The notes beneath the pieces were generated by a model. It saw only the letters and a program-made list of their open reading frames with translations, was not told where the DNA came from and ran no database searches. Below, piece after piece: positions 1 through 13,422 of a stretch of DNA of 64,000 nt; position 1 is the stretch's first letter; every line of letters begins with the position of its first letter. The position numbers and the translations under genes were made by a program. The DNA is taken from positions 1,227,483 to 1,291,482 of the forward strand of contig NW_015173676.1 of assembly GCF_001447785.1 (NCBI RefSeq). Reading direction: 5' to 3'. This stretch comes from Gekko japonicus. Its lineage: Eukaryota.

Positions 1-497
1 ATGCCGGCCACATGATCATGGAAATGACTTCGGTCAGCGTTGGGTCTTCAGCTTGGAAATGGAGATGAGCAGGGGTCATTTTGTAGAAAAAGAGGTGGAG
101 GAGCACATTAGCATAACTTATTTGCATATGCCACTCCCCCTGACATCACTGGAAGTGTGTCAGAAGGCAACACCCACCGCTCAGGCTCCACTGGACTGTT
201 TTGGATTGCTAGCTATTGGGGGGGACGGGACGCGCAGATCTTCCCTCAGAGGAGGGAGAGCTTGTACCTGAAGGGGGGGGGGGACTCTGCAACTTACCTG
301 GTTACTTCTTGCTCCTTGTGGCCTGACTGAGGGCTGCTGGGAGCAGGGGGCGGGGCTTGCTGCATGTGCCCACCCCCTGGGTTCCTTACTGCCGGAATTC
401 CGCTCCTGTGCGCTCCCGCAGGAAATGACCCCTGGAGATGAGTACCGCACTCTAGAGTCGGATTCGACTGGCTTTTGAGCAAGGGAAACCTTTATCT
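1..497 (+). mobile_element. Sauria SINE 3' part, split by a MITE insertion (pieces 1-69 and 435-497)
   Basis: Removing 70-434 rejoins ...ggccacatga...ttcggtcagcgttgggtcttcagcttggaaatggagatgag|taccgcactctagagtcggattcgactgg...gggaaacctttatct. This resembles the Sauria SINE 3' region and tail as I recall it. Confidence 0.7.
70..434. mobile_element. non-autonomous hAT-type MITE
   Basis: Perfect 12-bp TIRs CAGGGGTCATTT (70-81) / AAATGACCCCTG (423-434) and a perfect 8-bp TSD GAGATGAG (62-69, 435-442). A second family member lies at 54285-54626. Confidence 0.9.
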
Positions 498-3400
498 AGA
501 GAAGCCTTAAACTGGCTGTTTAGAATCACACATTTAAACCCCGTAGCTGTCTTTTAATTGGAAGTCTTAGAAAGCAATGAAGATTTTGAGGGCTCTTTTG
601 CACATTATGCTGAGGCAAACTCAGGTGTACACTCAACGGGGTTGCTGTCAGTTGTGGCATCCTGATGAATGTAATTGTATGTGTCTTAGATTTGTCACAT
701 TCAGGCTTGACATTTCTGTGCTTTTAATATTTTAGGAGTATACTTAATGTAATGTGTGAAGTGACCCTTAAATACCAAGATTATCTTGTTGAGTAAATTT
801 ACACTGAATGGGACCTGGTTAATTGTGTGGAAAGTGTAAGCAGATGCAGTTTTATGCTTTTCCATGAATGATTGGTGCAGTTGCAGGAAGTGTTTGTGAG
901 GCCTGTGGCTGCTATGAATTTCTGAGAAAGGGACACCTCTTGCTTTGTAAAGTGATTCCTTATAAAACAGCAGAAGAATCAGGAGCAAAAAAAGGCAGCC
1001 AAAGAAATCTCACATTCTCAAGGCAATATTGTGCCCAATGGTTTGTTTTAAAATGATCAGATTAACCAAAATTATCAGGATGGGTCTTGGTCACAACAGG
1101 ATTTCAACACCCTTACTTCAATTCTGTCCTCTTTTCCCACTATAAAGCAGGCATAGCTTGAACTGGAATAAGTATGTGCCTGTGCTTCATTTTGTTGTGG
1201 CAATTAAAAATGAAACTGAAAAGACAAACCATGTAGTAAAGGTTATATTTTTAGAACATTTTCTTCTGTATGTTCAGCAAGCAGGAAGTAGAAGTTGTGC
1301 TTTTGGAGTGGCAGATGGAGGTGGAGGGTCTTTTGCCAGTCAGTTACACTTTTCCTTGTGCAAGTGAAATGTGAGAGAAGATACCTTTATTTACTTGAGA
1401 TCTAGAGTGCATTTCAGAAATAATTACATGTTACCTGTAGTCCCTTTATAATCAATGGGCTGCACACCTACCTTTTTTGGAACTGTGCCCCAAACATAGT
1501 ATTTGATGGCTTCAGTTGTTTGGCAAGTAGGGTAATAAGAGGGTGGACTGCTGTCAGGTGCTGCTCCAATAAATAGATCTCTGCAGTAAAGTGGGCAAAG
1601 ATGAGGAAGACCTTTGCTGTCTAGAACTGGAAAGCAACCAAGTTCCTGAATCCCCCAGGCCTTAATCTGTGATGTAGCATGCAGACTTTTCAGGTGAAGT
1701 TGGCAACTTCTTTCTAGGACTGAATAGCCTTGCAGCCTAAAGGAATGTGCAGTTAAGCTGGAATGAAGGATACAAGTATTTTAAAAATGCATATGGAAAG
1801 GCTGACTGCACACTGGTTTAGTTATGTTTTAATATTTGTCTTTTGTTGTTACCCACCTTGGCTCCTGAACTGCTGGGAGAAAAGTGGGGTATACAGATGT
1901 TCTAAAGAAATGCCAAAAGGCTGAACAGCAGAAAGAAGGAACCACACAGCACAGACATCTGGGGAAGGGACAGTCTTGTAGACTTGGAAGCCCAGTCATT
2001 TGTTCCGTCTCCCCAAAGATGTCAGAGGTGGTCACAGAAAGATAGGAGAGTGTAAGGCTCACTCTTTGAAAAGGTATACTGAAGAGGCCAGCCCTGTTTT
2101 CTTCATTAACCCACTTTTGACGTGCTGGTTATTTCACTATTCAGGACAAGGGTTCGCTGGTGTGACTAGCTTGGTGCCTTTGGAGTGGGAGCAAAGCATG
2201 CTTACATTTTTACTGGAGCCAGCAAAGTATGTGGCAGGTTGTTGCCATCTTCAGGCTACCTGCAGACACAAAGCCTTAAGCGATTTTTCTGGACACTTTT
2301 GAACTGTATATATAGCATATTTCCCACGTTTCACTTATGTGTGAATCTGCAGCTTTCTAAATTATAGTAAATAAGTTTATTTGTGGACTCTGGGCACTTC
2401 TCAGTGCCACGACTAGTGTTCATATAAAGCCTTTAAGAGCATTACTGCTTGAGTAAGATCAGACCCATTTAGACTATGCAGGCTACCAGATAGGGTTGTT
2501 TGCTTTCCCTCCTCCTTGTGTGACAGCCAAGCCACTTGCTTTAGTGTGGTATCAAGATGTTGATATAAAAAGCAAAAAAAAAAGTTAGAGAGCACAGTCT
2601 TTATACTAATGATGTCCTGATAATGCTCTCTGATCCCTCAAGCTCTCTCTGCCTAATCTACTGAATGTAATTGATTGATTTTTTTTGCTCATTCTCTACT
2701 CATAGATTGATTTATGTAAGCTAGTAAAGCCTGATATCAGAAAGTGGCCAGTTAAAGAGCAGTGCAAACCTTACACAGTAGTGAGGGCTTGTGTAAGTTT
2801 TTAGAGCACATCCTGCCTCAAACATCGGTTGCATAGGGTAAGTGCAAACCATTTGTGCTTGGGCAGAACGGACATGAAAAGGCAAGCATTCTGTTTCATA
2901 TTTTATCTGGTATTGCCACTTTCTGTCCTACTAACATGTTTCCAGACTTTTGATTTGCTTGTATATAGGGCTCTAATAGGAGGCATGGAGTAGGCCCTAC
3001 CCAGGAAGTTGTTACTGGAGACTTTTGCATTTATTTATTTATTTAATTTCTACTCTGCCTTTCTCACAGAGATGCTAGGTAGATTACAAAATTAAATGTC
3101 CACAATAAAAACTATTTGCATACTACTAAACAACATTAAAGCTACAATAATACCCCTTTCAGAGAAATGCCCTCCCATTCTATGGAACAGTGCTTAGTGA
3201 CCTTTCTGACCTTAGAGATTTGTTTTGCTCCTAAGTTGGAGACAGCTAGTAGTCCATATTCAGGCCTGTACCTGAACTACCTGCAATGGTTTTACATTAA
3301 ATACAGTGCAGTGTAATATTTACAAATACCGCTCAAGGTGTCTGCCTTTGTTTAGATAATGCCTTCAACATTTCATCCAGACATACAACTTAGGCCTCTG

Positions 3401-5173
3401 TTTCACATATCCTAGTTCTGTGTATTCAGACTCTTCATTTTGGAGTGAGCAGCGTTATGCATTGTAGCCTAACCGGCTTGCCTTTCTCTAGGTCTACATA
3501 GATTTGCAGTGGCACTGTTCACAGTGATGGGGTAAAAGTGTAGCTGTAGTCTCATTGGGATGAGGACTGGCTGTAGCCCCACTATCAGGACTGGTGCCTG
3601 TCATGTGATATGGACAGAACATCAGCACTGCACTTGTTTGGGACTACTTTCACAGGAAGATATTCCGTGCAAAGGCATGAGCCTGATATCCCATTGCCTT
3701 TCAGGAAATTTATGCTAACCCGCAGTGCTCCCGAATGATCCCCATTGGCCTAGTTACTCCTTTCTGTCACTGCTGCAATTATTCTTGTAGTTCTGTGACT
3801 CTTAGTAGCAAGATTCCCCCCCCCCAAATCTGTACAGGCTCATTCTATGAGCTGTTGCTTTCTGGAATCCTGAAGGAATACCCTTCCTTTCTGTCACAAC
3901 ATAGTACTTTAAAGTGGCTTATGCTGTGCAAAAACAGTTTACAGATTACCCAATAAAAACAGTGACTTGCCTGCCCTCAGTCCTAGTAGTCCATGTGCTG
4001 TGCAAGACTGGGTCTGTCTGAACCTAAATGTGGGGGCGACGTTCTGCAGTTTTCTCCTCTTGAAGGCTTAAAAACAATTGTGGTGCTTTTGCTGGCTTAG
4101 CGTCAGCTCCCTGGGTGATTCTGCCACATCCCTGCAAATCTGCTCTAAGACACAGCAAATCCACTCACTTTGGATGTTTGCAGAGTGCCCAGCATAAGGA
4201 GCCAAGCTGGCTCATCAGCCTAATGAGCTGGCAGGAATCCTGGCAGCATGGTGGGTGGGTGGTAGAGAGAGGTCTTCCAGGATACTGTGTCCCTTTATCC
4301 TACATAGGAAAGCATGCAAGTTGCTGGGTATGGTAGGAAGACAGGATTGTCAGACCAAGGCAATGGGCTGTGAAGCAAAGCTGGGAGGAAAAGCCGGAAG
4401 CATGATGGGGGGTGGGGTAGATAATAAACACAGGAGTCCTGCAATATTATGCTGGGACTGAAACAGCTCAGCTGTGCTTGAGCAGGAATGTTGGCATGAG
4501 CTGTGGAGCACCTGGATCCATTGTGCTCATCAGGTTACATAGTTGGAGGAAAAGGCTGCCATGCAAACTAGGGCAGGTAGTAAGGGTGGGGCTGGGTAAC
4601 TCAGATGGGAGGGGGGTGGAAGAATTATTTTGTTCAGAATGTGCAGTCTGAAGCCATGTAGCTAGAAGGGAATGGTAAATCCCACTGACTCGTGGAAAGC
4701 ATTTTTGGACAGCCCCTGAGGATTTTGAAGGCCAGCTTGAGTAGCGGGGTCTGGCAACACATCAGAATAGCAAACTTCCCTGACATTGGTAAATGGCTTT
4801 CTGAGCAATTTGGGAGGGGCCACACCTTCAAAGCAGACCACAACAGAAGTCATGGGTTCAAGCACTGACTGCCATCATCAAGAATTTCGGGAAGTAGAAG
4901 AAGAAAAGATCTGAGGCTTTGAAGAGCCACTGGCAGTCAGACTAGAGAACATATTGGGTTAGGTGAACCAGTGTGTGTATGGCAGTTTCATTGGAGCCAC
5001 CTTCTAAGGCAGAGCTACATATTACAGATTGTTTGATTCCTTAAAGGGGCAGGTTTTGCTTTTTGCAAAACTGAACAGCTGGTGTGGCAATTCAAAGAGA
5101 AAAATCACCACTGGAAGGAGGGCCAGTTACCTTTCCTCTTAAACCATTTTCCTGTACAAAATGGTCACCTGAT

Positions 5174-5369
5174 CACATGAAGCTGCTTTATACTTAATCA
5201 GACGCTTGGTCCATCAAGGTCAGTAGTGTCTACTTAAACTGGCAGAGGCCCACCAGAGTCTCAGGCCGAGGTCTTTCACTTCACCTCCTACCTGATCCTT
5301 TTAACTGGAAACACCAAGGATTGAACCTGGGACCTTCTGCATGCCAGTCAGAGGCTCTTCCTCTGAGCC
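5174..5369 (-). mobile_element. tRNA-derived SINE (Squam2-like, family tentative)
   Basis: Reverse complement matches the copies at 16140-16581, 28381-28582 and 41297-41506: B-box-like ggttcaatcc and tail taaagcagcttcatgtg. Confidence 0.7.
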
Positions 5370-7924
5370 TCTGTACATTTGACATGCTATTACCATGCTA
5401 GGGAAAAATACAGATACCTCAGATCTCCTCTTTTAAGAATTCCTACTTCAGATTTCCTCCCTGAGAGCTAGTATTCTTATCCATGTGCTCTGATTCAAGT
5501 TCAGATTCCTGGGTTCCTCATCTTTGTAACAGTGACCATTTCTCTTCTCAACCCTGATTTCTTGTAGTGATGTTCTTTAATCCCTTGAAGGAGCCCCTTC
5601 CTTCCTTTGAACAATTTCATTCTTTGCCCAGATAATTAGAAATTTCCAAATCTGTATCTCCAGCTCACCCCAGAGGCACTGAATAGAATGTCTAGAAACA
5701 GAAATGTGGGGAAAGGTGTCCTGAAGGCGGTGGGGTGAAGTGCGAAAACCATTCTGTCTGTGCCAGACATGAAGATACACCAGAATACATTATGAGATAT
5801 GACAGCCTTCTAAATACAGAGAAATTCTGGGAATTTTTCTAACCAGTTAGTGCTTCACCCCAGTGGATAAATAGTGGTGTTGGTTGTATGTTTTCTATAT
5901 CTTGCATGTGTTAATTGTTAATAACTGTTCCCAAGATTTTCTGGTGGTTTGCTAATGTAAGAAAAAAATAGAGATGTGTTGAGCACACCTAGACTACCCA
6001 GAGTCTGAATGGTATTTAGCTTTCCCTGGATTGTTTATGACCAAAATGCTTACTTTCCCCCAGACACTTCAGTTTTTGCCTGATGTACCCTGCCTTTCCA
6101 AGTAGCTCAATCACATAAAAGCCATCTTAAACACAAAGTAATGTCAGTCACCAAATGATTATCTTAAAATACACCCAATCCTAGCAGTCCCATTAATATT
6201 TAAATTCTGAGCACCATCACCAATACAAAGCGACCAGTGGATTAGCAGTTGGCAAAAGCCTTTTGAAACAAAAGTGTTTGTTATGAGATGGTTTCCACAT
6301 GGGGGCAATTCCTGGTTTTGCTCTCATTGTTACTGCAATGACAGCAGAGCTTCCACACAGAGATTTTCCCCATGCTTTCCTCTCCTGCTTGCCATTTCCT
6401 CCTTCACCACTGAGGTCCTTTAATGCTGGGTGTTTTTTTTAACGGGTAGTAGGCATATTGCTATAGGTAGGACACTTTAACAATATATCTACTACAAATT
6501 TTTAAAATTCAAGAAAAAGCCCACTGGTGATATAGGCAAAGATGGAGAAGAAATTATGTTGCATGTGTGTGCAGAGGTGTGTGGAAATCTACATCTTCCC
6601 ATCCAGACGCTCCTGCTCTCAGTACAATCTTTGTGGATGAAGAGATTGTTAGGAAACCTGAGTTGCTGCACAGGTTCATGCCAGGAGATACCCAAGCTAC
6701 CTCCTTATTACATACTGATGCATTTTAGAAATGGCAACAAAAATATCCTTCACTGGTCCTTTTCCACTGTGGCTGGCTGACAATTATAATTTTATTCTTT
6801 GTGTGTCCCTTACGTGGACTTGCTATCTCATATACTTTGGATGATAAGAAAGCTTCTTGCATCTCCATCTTCTGTCTAGATATCTAACCAGCACAGCATG
6901 TTGATAAACAGGGTTTCTGGCTGTGACTAATCAGAGGAGGAGATGGAGCCAAGTGAAACCATGTAATATTATCATGCAGTCTGCTACTGCTATCCCAAGC
7001 AATGGTCCATTTGCAGGTCATGTGCGAAACACAAGAGAAAAGAAACAGACATTGAACTCAAATGGCCTCTTTCTCCTGAGATTCTCTTTCATTGTACAGG
7101 ACTTCAGGTTGGAAGAAGGCCAAAGCCTCCCTCTTTGTTGCATTTCACCAGATGGGCCCAGCCCCCCTGTTGCTTTTGGTTACCCTTAGCAACACCACCT
7201 CCAAGTGTGAAAAGCATGGCAGCCAGAGCAGGTTCATAGTATGCATCCTCGATGTAGAAAAGATCAATTAATGCCAATTCAACAACAGCAGGAGCCAAAG
7301 CAAAGCAGCCTTGGGTCACATCAGGGTCAAATGGGGCCTTAGGATTTGTTTCCTCCTGCAAGGTAAGGCTACAGGGTATACTGCCAGGATGGAGAGGCAC
7401 ATCCCAGAGGAAAAAAAATGGCCAGTCTGTCAGCCACCCACCTTAACCATTGTAGCATGTTAACTGAAAACATCACCACTACAGGGGAATATCTAGATTC
7501 CAATTCCACACACGAATGAGACAACCCAGACCACTGGCTATACATATATCTTTATGACCTGAGCAGTGGTTGATTTCTGAACAACTGAGGGGCCAGGGCT
7601 TACATCTGCCTGGAATTGGCACCGACCTGGAGGCTCCTATGATAAAGGAGATACGAGATGGGTTTATTCAGATGAGAGGGAAAAGCATTCTACATGCGCT
7701 CTCAGAGGTACTCTGTTAATTCTTCACAAGTTCCGAGACTCCAAATGAAAATTCGTTGGGCTCCCATCTTCTGGAGCGGAGCTCTGGCTCAAGGAAGCTT
7801 TGGATCCCGTGAAGATCTCATCACCGCATCTTTCCCCCTTACGTTATTAGGTTGTTCCCAGGTATCCTTCCCTACTAAAACTTCCAGACAGACTCCCCCA
7901 AAAAGACGAGAAGGGCTGGAAGGG

Positions 7925-8490
7925 ACTGGGGGGGGCGGCGCTGAGCGTGCGGGAGGGCGGGGTTAGTGGCGCGCCCGGGCAGGCCCGATCCGCTCCTGCG
8001 CGTGGCCGTCAGCCCTTCGTCCCGCCTCGGCTCCGCCGTGCTGCCCGGGATGGGGCGCAGGGGCCGCTGTGGCTGCTGGTCGAGCGGCCGCCCGCTTTGA
8101 GGCCGGGCCGGGCTGGGCTGGGGCCGGGGGAGCCGCCGCGCCGTCCCCTGAGCCGCCCGGCCCGGGCGCCGAGAGACGGCGGCACCAAGAGTGCACGGCA
8201 CTGCCGGGGACGAGCAGGCGGTGAGCGGGGCCGCCAACCGAGTTCCCAGTTGTGGGCAGGGGAGGGGGTCGGGGAGAGCAGGGCCGGGCCGGGCGGAGAG
8301 CGAGCCAGCCAGCCAGCCTTGTGCTTTGCCTTCGGCCCGTGGCAGGCAGCCTCCTTTTGTTGTCGGAGAAGGGGCTGGGTGTGTTCCCAGCATGTCTGGC
8401 TTTTTGGTCCCCACACCGATGCTGTCGATTCCTTCGCCTACGGCGTCTGCTTCTGGGCTGTGGGACTCATCCCCAGCCGAGCACCGTCGT
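7925..8490 (+). promoter_or_regulatory. CpG island; probable B4GALT2 promoter and non-coding first exon
   Basis: Very GC/CpG-dense with GC boxes (gggcgggg near 7956). Candidate donor GCG|GTGAGC at 8220/8221. Lies about 7 kb upstream of the first coding exon, which has its own acceptor at 15138. Confidence 0.7.
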
Positions 8491-8839
8491 GGGTTCCTGA
8501 GCTTTGTTTTGGTACGATGCCTCCCTTAGAATGGATAAAATCGGGCTTTGTGTCGACCGGTCGGTGCATGGGTGGCTGTCTAAGGGGCGTAGATGGATGT
8601 TCTTATGTGTACAGCTTGGATGGGTGTTTCTAGGTGTACTTATACATTGACATGTTTACAGGCGGGTGTGTGCGTCTGAGTCAAGGCGTGCCTATCTGTG
8701 TCATATCTCTCTAGGATGCTCATATTTGAGCCCCTCCCCCTGTCAGCCTCCCTCCCCTCCCCTCCCCTCCCCTCCCCCAAGATGGCTCCTGCTCAATCCC
8801 CAAGGCGCTCCTGTTAGCAGAGGAAGACTGGGGGTGTGT

Positions 8840-9143
8840 NNNNNNNNNNNNNNNNNNNNNNNNNNNNNNNNNNNNNNNNNNNNNNNNNNNNNNNNNNNNN
8901 NNNNNNNNNNNNNNNNNNNNNNNNNNNNNNNNNNNNNNNNNNNNNNNNNNNNNNNNNNNNNNNNNNNNNNNNNNNNNNNNNNNNNNNNNNNNNNNNNNNN
9001 NNNNNNNNNNNNNNNNNNNNNNNNNNNNNNNNNNNNNNNNNNNNNNNNNNNNNNNNNNNNNNNNNNNNNNNNNNNNNNNNNNNNNNNNNNNNNNNNNNNN
9101 NNNNNNNNNNNNNNNNNNNNNNNNNNNNNNNNNNNNNNNNNNN
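8840..9143. other. assembly gap
   Basis: Run of N. Confidence 1.
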
Positions 9144-11066
9144 NTCAGGCAGGAGATCCTTGTGGGGGGCGGGGGGCGGGGGGGGGGAGAAACAATGCAG
9201 CCTTTATTTGAGAAAGGGGAGGAACTGCTTTGGGAATTAGGGGCCTCATACTGACTGGGGACACAGGAAAATAATGGAGTGTGTATAGATTTCCTAGGTT
9301 GTATAGTATGTATGAAATAGATGGCTTTGTTGCTGGTATTTGGATCCATTTAGGAAAAGACTTGGCTGGCAGCAGCTCACCTTTCCCAGCACTGCCATTT
9401 GCCCATGGATTGCTCATGAGCCAACTGCTTTTATGTCCCTTGAGAGCTCAGATAGGAATTCCATTAGATTATCTGATCTGAATTTTGAGATTATGGTATC
9501 CTTAGGTACCCTGTAAGGCAATATGTGTCTGAAAAGAAGGCTCTGCACTTCACTTTCCAGTTTTCACAGGTAGGGAAAAGGTGTAACCTTTCAACTAACC
9601 ATGAAAAATTTCTAGGGCATAAACATTTTACACGAAGCACTATTGGCTTGTGGCCATTTTGTTCAACATTAATATTTCTACATGTCAACAAAACACCAAA
9701 ACATTGATGTCTGGTCTTTGATGATTGCCAGACAGAAGAAAGGGCTGAGTTTCCAGATAAATTATTCACAGCCGAGGAGCAGCCCAGCTGCAGTCTGGCT
9801 CCATTAGTAGATGGTTAGCATTGCAAAAAGCCCATCTCTCCAGCTATGTTAAACTATGTTGTACAATGGAATATCCAGCTATATACTTAATCAAGAGGAA
9901 AGGGAATGGAGTGAGACTTTTGTGGCCACCACATTCATGCTTGAAATGGTGGTATTAACCTTTGGCTGTTCAGTTTCTTATCCAAGAGGAGGCTTTTGTA
10001 GTTATCCTAGGGATAGAAGAGCAGTTGAAGGGGCCCCAGCATTGTGCATTAGTCAGGTGTTTTCCTTGCTTCTGAGATGAGCAACTTCTGTCACACCAGC
10101 CAATTTGCTACTTAAGTTCTTTCTGTACTTTCTGACTTCTTCCTATGTTTCTCAGTGAGGCCTTGTGTAAGAGGAAGTAGGTATCTTCTTGAATGTGTTG
10201 TTGGCAATAAAAACAATGTAAATAAATAAAAAAAGAAAAGAAAAAAGGAGCTGAGCCTGAACCCCTAGGGGCCTAGCAGAGTTTCTACCGTGAGAGGACT
10301 GTATTTCATTGGCTGCACATGGAGTCCTTTATGATAGCCAGTAACTTGCTCCAGAGCAAGTAATCTTAAAGAAACTCTAGCACAAGTACTGGCTGGCAAA
10401 AGGGGATCACGTTGTTACAGAAGGCCAGTGCTATCTTGTAGTCCCATTCTTGGACACAAATTATTTGTTTGCTTTATAGTCTGTGCTTCTTGCTGAGACT
10501 CAGGGTGGATTACAAAATATAAAACAGTGCAATCAGGCGGTCTAAGAGCCAGTAAACAATGTAATAGGACCAGGATTGCAAAATTAGAAAACAGTGCAAA
10601 CAAAAAATAGTATAAGACATAACATACCATATACAGTGCAGAGAATAGAATTACAAATGTGGCGATGCAGTAAAGAGCAAAATATTCCTATTTGAATTTT
10701 AAAGGGAATTTTTGGGCTAGCCATTAATAAAATAGCTTTGTCTACCTGGCAATAAACCCCGGGTGAGATAAAGGAATGCTGTGGGGTATTTAAAGCAACC
10801 CCTCCTCCTGCCTTTGATTCTATTGTTGTAAAGTGGCTAGGTTTTGCTGGGTGCACCATCTAATAGAGAGGCTGAACTCCGGGAGGCAGTGGTATGCCTC
10901 TGGGTGCAGGATGTGGGAACAGGAAATGGCTACTGTTGTGTAGATGCACGGACAGGAAGTGGCTACTGTTGAGATTCTGGAGCACAGCTGTCTAGAATAG
11001 GTCAGCACTTGTAGGGCCACTCCTAACTATTAGGAAGCAATATGGTCTTGGTGCAGGCATTGTGTC

Positions 11067-11258
11067 CAATGTTGCCTCTAAGCTGAGTTAGTGTGAGCTA
11101 GCTCACAGGTTTTTAGCCTCCAGCTCACACATTTTAGTCTTAGCTCAGGAAGGATGGCTCCAGAGCAAACTAATTTATTCAGTAGCCAAATCATTTGCAC
11201 AGTAGCTCATAAAGTCGAATTTTTGCTCACAAGATTCCAAAGCTTAGAGGGAACATTG
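11067..11258. mobile_element. MITE (hAT-like termini)
   Basis: TIRs CAATGTTGCCTCTAAGCT / AGCTTAGAGGGAACATTG (17 of 18 match). No clean TSD found. Confidence 0.7.
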
Positions 11259-13140
11259 TAGTCCATTGGAGTCTTACCCTACTGAGGCCGTGACTTCAGG
11301 TGTGGCACAAGGAGTCAGTGGATTTTGCAAGGCCATAAAGCACATCCAAGAAAACAGCTTCATTTCTCCTGTACTACAACAGGATACTGCTGGCTGAGTT
11401 GTCTTCTGCTGTTGGGCCCTATTCATTTGTGTACTTTGGTGGATGTGCCTTGTGCTGGCAGATGAGATACCGACACAATGAGCTGGGCATTAATACCAAA
11501 TGCTTCCTCCCCACCACCATGCATACCATGTAACATTTTATCTTCCACTTGTGTGAATTAGGTCTAAGTGAGGATTCCAATTGTCTAGTAATGTAAATAT
11601 TTTGCCCATGTGTGGTAGATGGTATTCCCAGCTGATTAATTTAAATATAGAAATATGGTCTTGTGAATACTGCATTAGAGAAGAGTTCCCCAGTCCAGCC
11701 CTACGATGTCACCCCACTGCGCTCCCATTTTGCAACCATCAGAGAAACTTCCATAATAAATAGGCCCTTGGTGGGGATGTGAAGAACTGTACAGTGGATA
11801 TTTCCCCTTTCCCAAAGCATAATCATTTGAGATGGCAGTGAGTTCTGGAGTTGACTGGCTTCCTGCTCAGCCTAGAGCCTCAGAAGTCTAAGAGTTGCTC
11901 GTCTAGCCCAGAATGTGAGTTTTATAGTGTGGGAGTTTACTTCTTTCTCTCCCTTCCCATGATGTATTGGGTGGGGGAGTGGACATGTATCCTGTCACAT
12001 CAGTCATTGCAGGATGCTCTAAGCATGCCACTCTGCAAAATCTACCTATGAAGAATGTGTCATGCTGACAAACAAAACACAGGAGAGTTAAGGGTTGTAC
12101 TTGGCCAGATGCTCTGGGAGCAAGCAGAGCATCAGTAGTGCTGCTGACATCTCAGGGGCTTGGGTTGTCCCTAGGATGAAGAATTAGCCAGGTACTCCAA
12201 GCAAAATGATCTGGCATGTCAGAAGCTTTTACCCCTGCTCTGTAGCAGAAGCTCTGTCTTCTTTGCAACTTATGAGGGGGGGGGGTGTTTTGGGAAGGGG
12301 AATTAATTGGGACTAGAGGGAGGGCTTTTCCTATGATCCTAATTATCCCCTCCTCCTGAATCAACAGGATACTCTAGGCTTCAACATGGTCAGAGCCCTG
12401 AAAACATTTATAACATCCTAAACTGCACTGTGATAAGAAAATGAAGCTGTGAGAAACCTGTTTCATGTTGCACATCAGTTAGCCCTAATTTCTTTCTTTA
12501 AAATATGTATATTTCATTTTTAAAACAAAATGTTCACAGGGCTGGTTAGAACACATTTTTAAACCATATAACCAAACTTGCAAATACAGATGTGTAAAGT
12601 AGCATGATCCAAACACCAAAATTACAAATACAGATGCATAAAGTAACATGATCCAAACACCAATAGCAGCGGCAAACAATCTTGTATAACCACCAAAACT
12701 CTGGGTGACTGGCAAATCAACAGAATAGCTCCTAGGTGAATGGGTGTGAGGTAGAAGTTCTACACTGAGGCATCATAACTGAGAATGCAAGTCTCTGAGA
12801 GCCAGCCCCCTGCCACTGATGATGGGAACACACTGAGCAGAACTCAGAAAAAAGTTCCCAGGAAGCAGGCAAGTGCATATGGGACCAAGGGAATTTCATT
12901 TTCTTCGATTGCACTTGCTCTCTCTTACTTGCACTCTCTTATTTTATACTTCCTTCAAAGTGTTCAGGGCAGCTCTCATGCATATCTGCTCCTCCATCTT
13001 GTCCTTATAACAACTCTATGAGGTCAGAGAAGCTGGAAGGTAATGACTGGCCCTTTGTTGCCCAATGAGCTTTATAGCTGTGTAAGGTTTTGAATACGGG
13101 TCTGCCATCCTAACTGCTGTGAACACTGTCTCTTCATTTA

Positions 13141-13422
13141 GAAGAAGAAGAGACGAAATTGGATTTATACCCTTCCCTTCACTACGCAAGGGAGTCTCAG
13201 AGCGGCTTACAAGCTGCTTTCCCTTCCCCTCCCCACAACAGACAACCTGTGAGGTAGGTGGGGCTGAGAGAACTCTGACAGAAACTGCTTTTTTTCAAGA
13301 ACAGCTGTGCCAGAACTACGTCTTGCCCAAGGTCATTCAGCAGGTGCAAGTGGAGGAGTGGGGAATCAAACCCGGTTCTCCCAGATTAGTCCGCGCACTT
13401 CACCACTACACCAAACTAGCTC
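13141..13422 (-). mobile_element. tRNA-derived SINE (Squam3-like, near full length)
   Basis: Minus strand reads agctagtttggtgtagtgg...ctgggagaaccgggtttgattccccactcctcc...cacctacctcacagg...gtaagccgctctgagactcc...(TTC)n tail. Related older copies lie at about 19895-20097, 23633-23855 and 56990-57165. Confidence 0.75.

Noticed and set aside
500-2400. Possible 3' end of ATP6V0B, the upstream neighbour of B4GALT2 in mammals
   Set aside because: No coding exon is recognisable; the idea rests on synteny alone.
7875-8633. Long overlapping ORFs (up to 228 aa) on both strands
   Set aside because: Pro/Arg/Gly/Ala-rich by-products of the CpG island with no recognisable domain.
8666-9349. ORFs spanning X residues
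   Set aside because: Artefacts of the N gap.
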